From: a virus
Taxonomy: Duplodnaviria; Caudoviricetes
Length of the DNA: 64,000 bases
IMG/VR virus record: IMGVR_UViG_3300037067_027643
Coordinates: 128,001 to 192,000 of that record
Strand: one strand, 5' to 3'
Part shown: positions 9,021 through 18,752 of the stretch, in pieces
How the letters are laid out: each line of letters starts with the position of its first letter
Numbering within the stretch: the first letter of the stretch is position 1
Program-made: the position numbers and the translations under genes
Notes under the pieces: generated by a model
The model's database searches: none
What the model was told of the DNA's origin: nothing
What the model saw: only the letters and a program-made list of their open reading frames with translations

Positions 9021-9108
9021 CAAATGACAATTAAATAGTAACAGATAGCAAATAAATAATAATTATTGAACATTGACAAATAACAATTGAAAATTGAAAA
9101 TTAACTAA
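9018..9108 (+). repeat. Degenerate heptamer tandem array, 13 units
   Basis: TAACAAA TGACAAT TAAATAG TAACAGA TAGCAAA TAAATAA TAATTAT TGAACAT TGACAAA TAACAAT TGAAAAT TGAAAAT TAACTAA. Confidence 0.85.
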
Positions 9109-9145
9109 ATAAACTAATATGATAAAAGAGTAATAGTAATAATAT

Positions 9146-9871
9146 TTGGTGGAGATTGATATGGCTGTAGTAAATAACAACGTAAAACAACAAAAAACTA
9201 TTGTGAGTATTCCTATTAAGTACACAGATCTTTACAATCTGGATAAACTTAAAGAAATAGTAGAAAATCATACTAATATCAATAAAGCTAATGTTACTGT
9301 TAAAAATGAACCTAATGTAACAAATAACAATAATAGTATTGATATACATACTCCAATAGAAGATGAATTAATGGATGTATATCAACAGACTTGGATGGAT
9401 TTAAGATATAAATATCTTTTTGATAATCAGTTTGAATTATATGTCATTTGGATGGATTGTGTTGAAGAACATTTTATGGATATCTATTTTACAAGATTAG
9501 AAGATGATACTTTAACTGAATTTGATATTAAAAATAATGTAGATTATGATAATATTTGGTATCATTATTGTGAGTGTGGTAAAAATATCGATAATTTTTT
9601 CAAATGGATAAATTCGCCAAGTGAAGTAGAAGATAGTAAACCAGTTCAATTATCAATATCGGATATTTATACATTAATAGATTCAAAAATATCACAGTTA
9701 CCTAATTTTAGTATTATTACACCAAGGTATGTTATTTTAGTAGCTAAGTCAGCAAAACAAATTATTGAATTAAAAGGAAAGGTAATATTACCTAAAGATG
9801 TAACTTGTAGAGATACAATATATCATCATAAAAAAGAAGGTAATTTATTTGTTTCTATAATTGATTATTAA
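9146..9871 (+). CDS. Hypothetical protein (start uncertain)
   Basis: 241-aa ORF. Confidence 0.5.
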   Translation: MVEIDMAVVNNNVKQQKTIVSIPIKYTDLYNLDKLKEIVENHTNINKANVTVKNEPNVTNNNNSIDIHTPIEDELMDVYQQTWMDLRYKYLFDNQFELYVIWMDCVEEHFMDIYFTRLEDDTLTEFDIKNNVDYDNIWYHYCECGKNIDNFFKWINSPSEVEDSKPVQLSISDIYTLIDSKISQLPNFSIITPRYVILVAKSAKQIIELKGKVILPKDVTCRDTIYHHKKEGNLFVSIIDY

Positions 9872-10127
9872 CATTATGAAAACTTATAATATAGAATATG
9901 AAATTGATCAAGAGGTATATGTAAATGTATTTAAATCAATTTTATTTGGAACGATACAAGGTATTAATATTGATGATAGAAAATATAATAAAGATAATAG
10001 AAAAATAATAATACAATATTATGTAAATTTTCATAATGGTAATCATTCCTCTTTTATGAATTCATATAGTCCAAGTGATATAGCTTTAACTAAAGAAGAA
10101 TTAATAGAAAAACTTAAACAAAATTAA
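9861..10127 (+). CDS. Hypothetical protein
   Basis: ORF track. Confidence 0.5.
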   Translation: MIINIMKTYNIEYEIDQEVYVNVFKSILFGTIQGINIDDRKYNKDNRKIIIQYYVNFHNGNHSSFMNSYSPSDIALTKEELIEKLKQN

Positions 10128-10319
10128 ATTATAAAAAGTGAAGAAATTTAAATTTCAAAAACCATTTATTTCTTTAAAATTTGATGATAATTATACAAAT
10201 AAATCATTAAAAGAAAGATGGAAAATTGCATTACATGATCCAGCATATTTAGTATTAACATGTATTGCTATTACATCATTAATTATCGCAATAATAAATT
10301 ATTATAAATAAAAAATTAA

Positions 10320-10496
10320 ATGAGATACAAACAATTAGTAGTAAATGACATAGAGAAAGCAGATCAACTTTGTCTAAGTCTAATCAACGGAATGAGTACA
10401 AATGTTATCAACCGTGAAAAAGCATTAGATTTGCTTAATAAATTAAAATACTTTATTGAACAAGCTAAAGAAAAAGTAGATTTAGAATCCGATTAA
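10320..10496 (+). CDS. Small helical hypothetical protein, 58 aa
   Basis: Hand-translated MRYKQLVVNDIEKADQL...KEKVDLESD. Confidence 0.5.
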   Translation: MRYKQLVVNDIEKADQLCLSLINGMSTNVINREKALDLLNKLKYFIEQAKEKVDLESD

Positions 10497-10521
10497 AAAA
10501 TAAATAATTGGAAATTACAAT

Positions 10522-11640
10522 TTGAAAAATTATAAATATTTAACTCTTATTGTTGGTATTCTTATTGCTAGTTGTACTGCTTACTTTTCTATATTTGGTT
10601 TAACTAAAACATTTGGAGCGGCAGTTATACCAGTAATGTTGATGGGTATAACTATAGAACTAGGTAAGATTATTTTAGTTGGGTATTTATCTTTTGTTTG
10701 GGATCGATTAAAATGGATAAGAAGGATAGTTCATTTAATATTGATTTCTATATTAATGGTTATCACTTCTGTTGGTATATATTGTTTTTTAAGTAATGCA
10801 TACCAGTTAACAGCAAATAAAATTGAATTAGCCTCTCAAAAGAATCAAATAATAAACACTAAAAAATTAACTTATCAAGATCAATTAAATAGATTTACCA
10901 ATGATATTAAAATTAAACAAGATAGACTATTAACACTTTCAAATCTAAGAAATGATCAAGAAACTAGGTTAACTAATGAAAAATATTCGATTAGAAAATT
11001 TGCTGCTAATAGTATTACAAATTGTGATGTTCAAATATTATCAATTCAAAAAACATTAGATTCATTAAATACAAAGGTATCTACAATCAATGATAGTATT
11101 GCTAGTTATGATATTCAAATAATAAATAATGAACAGGAAAGTACACGAGGAAATGAAATAGGTCCACTTAAATATTTATCTCGATTATTAAATGTTGAGA
11201 TGAATAAGATAGTGAACTGGATGATATTATTATTAATATTTGTATTTGACCCATTAGCAGTTGTTTTAATCGTAGCTTCAAATCATACTAGTAAATTAAT
11301 TAATAATGAAAAAAAGAAAGTAGTAATAGAAGATAAAGAACTAATTAAAGAAGATATTAATAATGTTAATACTATTACTGAACAACCAAAAATCGAACCA
11401 AGTAAACCTAAAAAAACTAGTTTCAAAGATTTAAAAATAAAAGATGATTTTGTTCTAAATAATTTTCATAAGAAAAAAGTAAAAGAAGTTGTTAATGCAG
11501 AAGATATTAAAATAGATGATGAAGTAATAGAACAACCAGTAATAAATGAGGTAAAACAACAAACTATTACTAATAATGGTAACTGGCCAGGAAAAATGAT
11601 TGAAGTGCATCCACACGATGGAGGAATAAGCGTAAAATGA
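10522..11640 (+). CDS. Membrane protein with three N-terminal TM helices, coiled coil and a C-terminal TM
   Basis: Hydrophobic segments; ELGK, EIGPLKY, IFVFDPLAV motifs that I associate with large T4-like phages. Confidence 0.65.
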   Translation: MKNYKYLTLIVGILIASCTAYFSIFGLTKTFGAAVIPVMLMGITIELGKIILVGYLSFVWDRLKWIRRIVHLILISILMVITSVGIYCFLSNAYQLTANKIELASQKNQIINTKKLTYQDQLNRFTNDIKIKQDRLLTLSNLRNDQETRLTNEKYSIRKFAANSITNCDVQILSIQKTLDSLNTKVSTINDSIASYDIQIINNEQESTRGNEIGPLKYLSRLLNVEMNKIVNWMILLLIFVFDPLAVVLIVASNHTSKLINNEKKKVVIEDKELIKEDINNVNTITEQPKIEPSKPKKTSFKDLKIKDDFVLNNFHKKKVKEVVNAEDIKIDDEVIEQPVINEVKQQTITNNGNWPGKMIEVHPHDGGISVK

Positions 11641-11765
11641 AAGACACAATTAAACAAAATTTAGAAATTGTTAAAATAGTTAAAGAAGCTAGTAAAAATT
11701 TACATCATAAAAAATGGAATGGGAAAATAATGAAAATACCCAAATTAATTTCAAAATAAATAAAA

Positions 11766-12041
11766 ATGGAAATTTTAAATTTTCTAGTACATTTTGACGG
11801 AGGAACAATAGAAATAGTGACCAACGAAGGAAGTTATTGTTTTGATGGAAGAACTAAATCAAAAACTAAAGGTAGATTATATTATGGATATCCCAAAAAA
11901 GATAATAGTAATTTAATCGAAAATTACATAGAACTTGAAGTGGATATAGTTAATGCCTTAGAAGAATATAATAATAAAATTGGTTTTGATACAGACCAAA
12001 TTAACTATTATTTAAAAAACAAACAAAATAAAAATAAATAA
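11766..12041 (+). CDS. Hypothetical protein
   Basis: ORF track. Confidence 0.5.
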   Translation: MEILNFLVHFDGGTIEIVTNEGSYCFDGRTKSKTKGRLYYGYPKKDNSNLIENYIELEVDIVNALEEYNNKIGFDTDQINYYLKNKQNKNK

Positions 12042-12674
12042 ATGGATTTAAAAGATATAGAAAAAACAACATTACTACCGTATAAAGAAGTATTATCAAC
12101 TCAAAGTCAATTAGTAACAGATGTATATGTCGGTATAACAGTAGCACATCAATTATTTAAAGTATTAGATACTTGTACATCTGCTAAATTTCTATCGGCT
12201 AATCAACTTGGAATAAATTTTTCTGTTGGGGTAATCAATGTAAGAGAACCATTGTATTTTATTAATCCAAAAATAATTGATACATTTGGTTTACAATTTG
12301 ATTATATAGAAGGAGATAATAGCTTACCAGGAGAAATAATTGAAACAATGCGATTTGGTAGAATATTAGTATCAGCTATGAACTTTAAAAATCCTATTTG
12401 GTTCGGAGTAAAACAAGATCAAACACATTTATTATACTCTGATAAAATAGCAAGAACTCATCCAGTTGTAGAAGAATGTATAGCTATTCAACACATGATA
12501 GATAATATAAATGGAATATCTGTTTATAATAGAAACGCTGAATACAGTTATAAAAATAAACCAGAACATCACAGAAATGAAGTTGTTACATTAGTAAAAG
12601 ATAATGAAACAATGAAAATCAAATATAAAAAAGCTAAAACATTTATTGATGACGGTTGGTCAATTAAAAATTAA
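12042..12674 (+). CDS. def: Peptide deformylase-like protein, catalytic residues degenerate
   Basis: LSANQLG (motif 1), EGDNSLPG (vs EGCLS), QHMIDNING (vs QHExDHLxG). Confidence 0.7.
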   Translation: MDLKDIEKTTLLPYKEVLSTQSQLVTDVYVGITVAHQLFKVLDTCTSAKFLSANQLGINFSVGVINVREPLYFINPKIIDTFGLQFDYIEGDNSLPGEIIETMRFGRILVSAMNFKNPIWFGVKQDQTHLLYSDKIARTHPVVEECIAIQHMIDNINGISVYNRNAEYSYKNKPEHHRNEVVTLVKDNETMKIKYKKAKTFIDDGWSIKN

Positions 12675-12685
12675 ATAAATAACTC

Positions 12686-13282
12686 ATGACAGAAGAATTA
12701 GGAAAAGACATTACTAGTATAGAAGACTCCAGCATTTTATTTGATATTTATGTTAAAGAAGCAGATTTTGGAATAGATATTGTTAGAAGACTTATTTATT
12801 TTTCAGGTGATATTACAGATGAATCTTCTGAATATATTATTAAAAGAATTAATATACTATTAAATTATGATCCAACCAAAGATATTACTATTATAACAAA
12901 CTCAGGAGGAGGAGATGTTTATGATGCTTTAGGAGTAATAGATTTTATGGAATCAATATTACCTGTCAAAATAAATAGTTTAACTTATACCAAAGTAATG
13001 AGTGGAGCTGCTTATATGTTATGCGCTTCTACTGGAAAAAGAACTTTATCTAAACGTGCTACTATTATGTTACATGGAATTTCTATTGAACATTCATCTA
13101 TGAAAACCACTGATGCAACTAATACAACTAAGCATGTAAAATTATTACAAAAATCTATAATAGATTTATTAACCGAACATAGTAATAAATCAAAAACATT
13201 TTGGAAACATAAATTAGAAAATGATTTTATATTAACAGCCGAAGAAGCATTGAAATATGAATTAATTGATGAAATAATTTAA
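12686..13282 (+). CDS. clpP: ClpP-family protease subunit
   Basis: TNSGGGDV, VMSGAA (Ser), IMLH (His), NDFILTAEEALKYELIDEI. Confidence 0.85.
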   Translation: MTEELGKDITSIEDSSILFDIYVKEADFGIDIVRRLIYFSGDITDESSEYIIKRINILLNYDPTKDITIITNSGGGDVYDALGVIDFMESILPVKINSLTYTKVMSGAAYMLCASTGKRTLSKRATIMLHGISIEHSSMKTTDATNTTKHVKLLQKSIIDLLTEHSNKSKTFWKHKLENDFILTAEEALKYELIDEII

Positions 13283-13305
13283 ACCTACAAGAACCAGATT
13301 AAACA

Positions 13306-13632
13306 ATGTTAACATATATCTTAATTTACACACCAATTTCTATTGCTATAATAATCTTATTAATTTATGGATTAAAAAACATTACTAAAAAACATGAAAA
13401 TTTAGAAAGATATATTTTAAAACAAAATGGATTATTTGAATCATTAAAATATATTGTTGATATGTCTGATAAAAAAATTCATGAATTAGATGTAAGACAA
13501 ACATTTGAAAGTGATGATGAAGTAGGTACTTTTTTTAAAAATGTAAAAGAAATTCAAAGACAATTAAATAACTATTTTGAACTAGAACAAACAAATCCGG
13601 ATGAGAATAAACCAAAAGCAAAAACTTACTAA
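13306..13632 (+). CDS. Small membrane-anchored protein
   Basis: N-terminal TM; FESDDEVGTFF. Confidence 0.55.
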   Translation: MLTYILIYTPISIAIIILLIYGLKNITKKHENLERYILKQNGLFESLKYIVDMSDKKIHELDVRQTFESDDEVGTFFKNVKEIQRQLNNYFELEQTNPDENKPKAKTY

Positions 13633-14473
13633 AAAGACGACTGTTTCTAAAAACAGCGATACTACTAAACCAACCACAAAAAAAATAAATAATATCACTA
13701 CTACCAAAAGAAATTATTTTACAATTGAAACACAAAGAGCAATTCTAAATTACAATAAATCTAATAATGAAAATATTAGAAATGAATTGTATATGAAATT
13801 CATTAAAAATGCGTTTGAAGAAATAGTAAGACAACTAATTCATAAAGGTGGTTATGATAAAGTTCCTAATATTAATTTAGCTGAATTAAAAAGTGATTCA
13901 ATACATTACTTATTAGAACAAATGCATTTATATAGGGAAGAAAAAGGAAAAGCATTTTCTTATTTTACTTATATATGTAGAAATTTTTTAATGACATGTT
14001 CAAAAGAAAGATATAAAAAAATAATAACAGAAACAGAAATTGAATATGTTGATTATAATAGAAATATAATAAATGAAAGAGATAAAGAAATAGTCGATAG
14101 TACAATTTCTATTTTTATGGACGCTTTTGTAAATCATATTGACACTAATATAGATTATTATTTTGATAGAAAAGAAGATCATGCTATTGTATATGCTATA
14201 TTAACTATTCTTACTAATAGAATTAAATTAGAAGATTTTAATAAAAAAGCATTATATATTATGATTAGAGAGATGACAAATGCTAAAACTATCGGAATTA
14301 CTAAAATTGTTAAAATAGTAAAACATTATTATTGTATTTTATATAAATTTTATCAAACACATGATTTTATTAAACGATTAGATAGTGAACATATTATATC
14401 TAATTTACCTTTACCAAGAGGAGGAAGCAACTTAGTTCCAGAAGAAAATGAATATATAGAAAATGATAACTAA
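13601..14473 (+). CDS. Putative sigma-factor-like (late transcription) protein
   Basis: YFT..T..AI..YN...RNELY and KGKAFSYFTYICRNFL resemble sigma region 2. Confidence 0.45.
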   Translation: MRINQKQKLTKKTTVSKNSDTTKPTTKKINNITTTKRNYFTIETQRAILNYNKSNNENIRNELYMKFIKNAFEEIVRQLIHKGGYDKVPNINLAELKSDSIHYLLEQMHLYREEKGKAFSYFTYICRNFLMTCSKERYKKIITETEIEYVDYNRNIINERDKEIVDSTISIFMDAFVNHIDTNIDYYFDRKEDHAIVYAILTILTNRIKLEDFNKKALYIMIREMTNAKTIGITKIVKIVKHYYCILYKFYQTHDFIKRLDSEHIISNLPLPRGGSNLVPEENEYIENDN

Positions 14474-14484
14474 AAATTAAAGAT

Positions 14485-14778
14485 ATGCAAGAACGAGAAT
14501 ATGATAAATTTTTTGAAAACGAACCAAAATTAACTGATATAACTGATCCAAAAGCTTGGATAAATCCAAATAATGATGAATTAGAACAGTTAGTTAAAGA
14601 AAAACGTTTTGAAGAAGCTAAACAATTAATAAAAGAAAATGAAACAAGTTTTCCAGAAGATTTGAAAAATAAAATTTTAAAGTTCATTCAAGAACAAAGA
14701 CAAAAAGGAACAAGAGAAAGAACAATAAGAAGACTTGTTAAAAAGAAATTTGGAATTATTGTTTTATCAAATAACTAA
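14485..14778 (+). CDS. Hypothetical protein
   Basis: ORF track. Confidence 0.5.
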   Translation: MQEREYDKFFENEPKLTDITDPKAWINPNNDELEQLVKEKRFEEAKQLIKENETSFPEDLKNKILKFIQEQRQKGTRERTIRRLVKKKFGIIVLSNN

Positions 14779-14793
14779 CTACTTGATAATCAA

Positions 14794-15099
14794 TCACATA
14801 TCGAAGCGAATTACGAAAGTGATATCGCTATGTAAAGGTTTCTTTACTGGTTGTCCTAACTTTCCAATAATCAACAATTCACCATCTTCATTATACAATC
14901 CAATTGTAGTTATATAAGGTGAAAATTCACTATGAGTAGCAAATGGTAATATAGTTTGACTATTCATATCTCTATTCGGTCTAATAGTAGGATTTAAAGT
15001 CATGTTAAATTCACCTTCTTCAACAGTACAGAATACTTCTACCTCATAGATAGTTCTACTTGATTCTGAACGCATTATAAAATTTGGTATTACTGTCAT
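14794..15099 (-). CDS. Virion protein C-terminal module
   Basis: EFNMTLNPT...PYITTIGLYN..GELL..GKL..P matches the C-terminus of ORF 17499..18719. Confidence 0.65.
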   Translation of the reverse strand: MTVIPNFIMRSESSRTIYEVEVFCTVEEGEFNMTLNPTIRPNRDMNSQTILPFATHSEFSPYITTIGLYNEDGELLIIGKLGQPVKKPLHSDITFVIRFDM

Positions 15100-15116
15100 C
15101 TTGTATATAAATAGTT

Positions 15117-15299
15117 TTATAATTTATTTAAGTTCCCATCGTATAAACTTCCAGTTGAGTAACTAGCACTTACCATTCCTCCATCAACATAATTATTAGT
15201 TGGAAAGTTTTGATATGGAAAATACCAATAAGGATACGATGGAGCAATACTAGCGGAAACCATTGGTTCGTAAAGATAATATGATGCTATTGTTGTCAT
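15117..15299 (-). CDS. Short Tyr/Ser-rich ORF within the fragmented virion locus
   Basis: ORF track, tightly packed between neighbours. Confidence 0.4.
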   Translation of the reverse strand: MTTIASYYLYEPMVSASIAPSYPYWYFPYQNFPTNNYVDGGMVSASYSTGSLYDGNLNKL

Positions 15300-15304
15300 A
15301 ATTT

Positions 15305-16183
15305 TTAATTAAATAATAACATACTATTTATACCACCATCTAATAAATCATCAGATCCAGTTGGAATTAAAGGAGCTTCTACATTTTTTATAAAATCAGA
15401 ATAATGTGAACTTGGACAAGCTATTGTTAACAATCCAAATTCATAAAATACATTTCCAATAATATAATTATAACTTCCACTTAATTCATTTTGTGCTAAT
15501 ATCATTATTGAACCGCTATCAATAGCACTATTACATATCTTTACTTCATCGATAGTACCTTTAAAACCTTGTTTACTTGAGCCTAACATTCCTATAAAAG
15601 TATCTGATAATGTCTGTGTATCTCCAAGTGATCCGGTTATATTAATTGGTATATCACTATAATCAGAACCACTACTTACTAAAGAACCATCTAAATATAT
15701 TTCTAACTGACTCCCTGTTTTCTGACATACTACATGATAAGTAATTGGTTTTTGAAGTAAAAAACTCGTTGATATTTCTGGTTTAATATTTCCATCGTTT
15801 CTTGAAAAATGTACACTTCCAAATTCATTATTGCTTCCACTTCTTTCTATTTCTATTGCAAACGGATAAGGTCCTGTATATACTCTATCTCTAAATGTAG
15901 TTCTATTATTACTGTATATAGTATCTTTAATTAATCCGTTTTTAGTTATAATAGTTTGGGTATCATTATTTGTTAAAGTTGTATAATAGTTGCTATTTAA
16001 GTTATAAGATAATACATTTGATCCAAAGGTCGAACTACCATAATTAATACTACCTGTTTTAATACCAACAATAGAAAATGAAGATGTTCCCATATATTTA
16101 TAAAGAGTATTTGTAATTACAGAAGAAGATATAGAAGCACTTCCATCAGTATCAAGTAATATGTTTAATTCCGGTATTATCAT
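15305..16183 (-). CDS. LamG/concanavalin-like domain virion protein
   Basis: YHVVCQKTGSQLEIYLDG, FKGTIDEVKI, GNVFYEFG. Confidence 0.7.
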   Translation of the reverse strand: MIIPELNILLDTDGSASISSSVITNTLYKYMGTSSFSIVGIKTGSINYGSSTFGSNVLSYNLNSNYYTTLTNNDTQTIITKNGLIKDTIYSNNRTTFRDRVYTGPYPFAIEIERSGSNNEFGSVHFSRNDGNIKPEISTSFLLQKPITYHVVCQKTGSQLEIYLDGSLVSSGSDYSDIPINITGSLGDTQTLSDTFIGMLGSSKQGFKGTIDEVKICNSAIDSGSIMILAQNELSGSYNYIIGNVFYEFGLLTIACPSSHYSDFIKNVEAPLIPTGSDDLLDGGINSMLLFN

Positions 16184-16187
16184 TTTT

Positions 16188-17465
16188 CTAATCTAATTGA
16201 ATCATTGTACTAATTGCAAAATCTTCGTCTCTTTTAAAGTTGTATAAATTCTTATCTCTGTCATTCGGAATTCTAATATTACTATCAGGCAACATCATCT
16301 GTATATCAACTGGTTGTTCTATTATATTACCAAATTCATCTTGTACTAAAACAGTAATAGTATCTACAGTAACAGATCCAGTATGTCCAAATACTCCTCT
16401 TGTACTATATAATCCATCACTAAATTCTACATTACTAATTATTCCATGGTTTTTATTAACCGTAGCATCTCTTGTTGTAAAATTATTACTAATTATTACA
16501 TCTTTCTTTCTATATCCGTTTCTAAAATTCCATTCTCCTTCTTTTAAAGGATCTATTATTTGTTTAGTAGCATAACTGGATTGACTAAAAATAGTATCAA
16601 TTAAATTACCATGTGAGTCATCTACTATTTTATGAGTAACAAGCTTTTGAAGAGAAACATAATTATATATAATAGTATTAGCTAACGGATTCATATAACT
16701 AATAATTATATATGTATCAATATTAGCTGTCAATGTAATTTTACTTTCCATCGGAGCATTTAAACTAGTTATATTTAAATTATAAGTTGTATCTTGACTT
16801 CCACTTTGAAAAACTTCTACACTAACAAATCTAATATCAGGATCAGTTATGTTATTAAAATTAATTGTTAATAAATAATCTCCTCCATCTATTGAACTAG
16901 ATGGAATTAACTGATATAAATCGCTACTTAATAAAGTTCCATCATTTATTATTGTCAATTGTTTATCACTTATAGAAGCAGTAGTATCTAAATTAGTATA
17001 CCAAACAGAAGCGGTTGGAATAGTAAATGGGTCACTAATATTAGGAACAGTATTATTATATTCAAAAGCACTATTAGCTAATACGTGATATTCTGGAAAA
17101 TCAATATCCATGTCAACAGTTCCTTTTTTAATTCCTTCTCCGAATAACTTTTGAGGAATACTAATTACTCTAACATGTTCATATAATATTCTTTCTTGAA
17201 TTAGATCATATTGTCCAGCTGTTGATGTTGGATTATCAGCAAATTCTCCAATAAACATACTGTTTAATAATTGATGTACAAAAATAGGATATTGATTGTT
17301 ATCTTGTTGTAATGTATTTATATTAAGTGTACGAAATGATCCATTAAAATATTGTCCATAATAAGTTTGTACACTACTGGTATCACTGCTATTTATTTCA
17401 TAATATTTATGTGCTACAAATGGAGTAACTGAAATGTCATTTGGACGTAATTGTTTGAATATCAT
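16188..17465 (-). CDS. Virion structural protein (N-terminal module)
   Basis: DISVTPF, VISIPQKLFGEGIKKG, DDSHGNL; related to motifs in 17499..18719. Confidence 0.6.
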   Translation of the reverse strand: MIFKQLRPNDISVTPFVAHKYYEINSSDTSSVQTYYGQYFNGSFRTLNINTLQQDNNQYPIFVHQLLNSMFIGEFADNPTSTAGQYDLIQERILYEHVRVISIPQKLFGEGIKKGTVDMDIDFPEYHVLANSAFEYNNTVPNISDPFTIPTASVWYTNLDTTASISDKQLTIINDGTLLSSDLYQLIPSSSIDGGDYLLTINFNNITDPDIRFVSVEVFQSGSQDTTYNLNITSLNAPMESKITLTANIDTYIIISYMNPLANTIIYNYVSLQKLVTHKIVDDSHGNLIDTIFSQSSYATKQIIDPLKEGEWNFRNGYRKKDVIISNNFTTRDATVNKNHGIISNVEFSDGLYSTRGVFGHTGSVTVDTITVLVQDEFGNIIEQPVDIQMMLPDSNIRIPNDRDKNLYNFKRDEDFAISTMIQLD

Positions 17466-17498
17466 TATGTAATATGTAACTCATTAATAATCAATAAA

Positions 17499-18719
17499 TT
17501 AAAAATTCAAACAAACGCGAATCAGACTCTCGCGTTCAAATGTCTTTAACAACGGTTTACTCAACTTAGCAATAGCAAGTAATTCGTTAGCATCATTATA
17601 AAGACCAACACTTGTAACATAAGTGCTCGGATTGTTAATCATACTACTATGTCTAAAATCACCTAAACTACCAGTTGTAAACGATGGATTATTACTAAAA
17701 TTAAAATCATTATGTTTAACTCTAATAAAATAATATGTAGAAGTAACCTCTTGACTATTTCTAGCTTTAAAAAATCCAGCAGCATTTGTCATCCATCCTT
17801 TAAATAAATTGGTATTGGTATTATAATATAAAGGACTTGATTGACATGGTAAAGCGGTATCTAAATAACTATAAAATGAACCACTAGCATTAAATAATAA
17901 CATTCCAAGATCTGGATAAGCAATACCCATCACTACTTTATTATTATTTCCATCCAAATAAGGTCCGTTTACAATACTTCCACTAACAACAGCATATATT
18001 CTTCCACCATCTCCATAGGTACCTGTAACTGTTTCATTTCCAGCATCATCTATCATTGTAACAGATGTACTTCCACTAACAATATTTAATTCCCAGTTAC
18101 CTGGATCTAATTTTTCTTTAAGTCTATTTCTGCTAAAATTAACAAAATAAAAACTATTCATATTCTGTCCGTTCTGCATAGTAAACTGTTCTGTACCTGG
18201 AGGAAGTAATAAATTTCTATACTGACTATACATAGCAGCTGTAGGTGATACAGAAGAACTTACATAAGTTAATGTTCTAGATAAATCAGTACTTGGTGTT
18301 AGACTTGTACCTAATCCGTATCTATCAGCATATCCTATAGCATATTGAGTTGTAGCACTTGAACTAATAGCAGGATCACTACAATATATATCTAAATAAT
18401 ATTCACAACTAGCAGAATATTGTGGAATACTGATATACATACTACTACCGCTTAATGCGCTTTCACCGTTACTCCAAATAGTTTCTGTAACTTTCTGTTT
18501 AACATTACTAATCACATCATCTGTTTGATTAATAGGTTCAAATACTTTACCACTTCCACCACCTATTGCTTTACTTAATGTTCCTATATTAGTAGAAGAG
18601 GTACTAGTTACATTAGTAGTTTTTGTATTAAGTTTATTAAAATCTACGGATGTTTGTTGAGTAGTTGTTGCTACAGATGGTGATAATGTTGAATCTGTAT
18701 TTATTACTTGTTTTGCCAT
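17499..18719 (-). CDS. Virion (baseplate/collar-associated) structural protein
   Basis: KEKLDPGNWEL, DFNFSNNPSF, TSVGLYNDANELLAIAKLSKP. Confidence 0.65.
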   Translation of the reverse strand: MAKQVINTDSTLSPSVATTTQQTSVDFNKLNTKTTNVTSTSSTNIGTLSKAIGGGSGKVFEPINQTDDVISNVKQKVTETIWSNGESALSGSSMYISIPQYSASCEYYLDIYCSDPAISSSATTQYAIGYADRYGLGTSLTPSTDLSRTLTYVSSSVSPTAAMYSQYRNLLLPPGTEQFTMQNGQNMNSFYFVNFSRNRLKEKLDPGNWELNIVSGSTSVTMIDDAGNETVTGTYGDGGRIYAVVSGSIVNGPYLDGNNNKVVMGIAYPDLGMLLFNASGSFYSYLDTALPCQSSPLYYNTNTNLFKGWMTNAAGFFKARNSQEVTSTYYFIRVKHNDFNFSNNPSFTTGSLGDFRHSSMINNPSTYVTSVGLYNDANELLAIAKLSKPLLKTFERESLIRVCLNF

Positions 18720-18752
18720 GTTTATATTCTCTTTTATAAATATTTAAAATTG

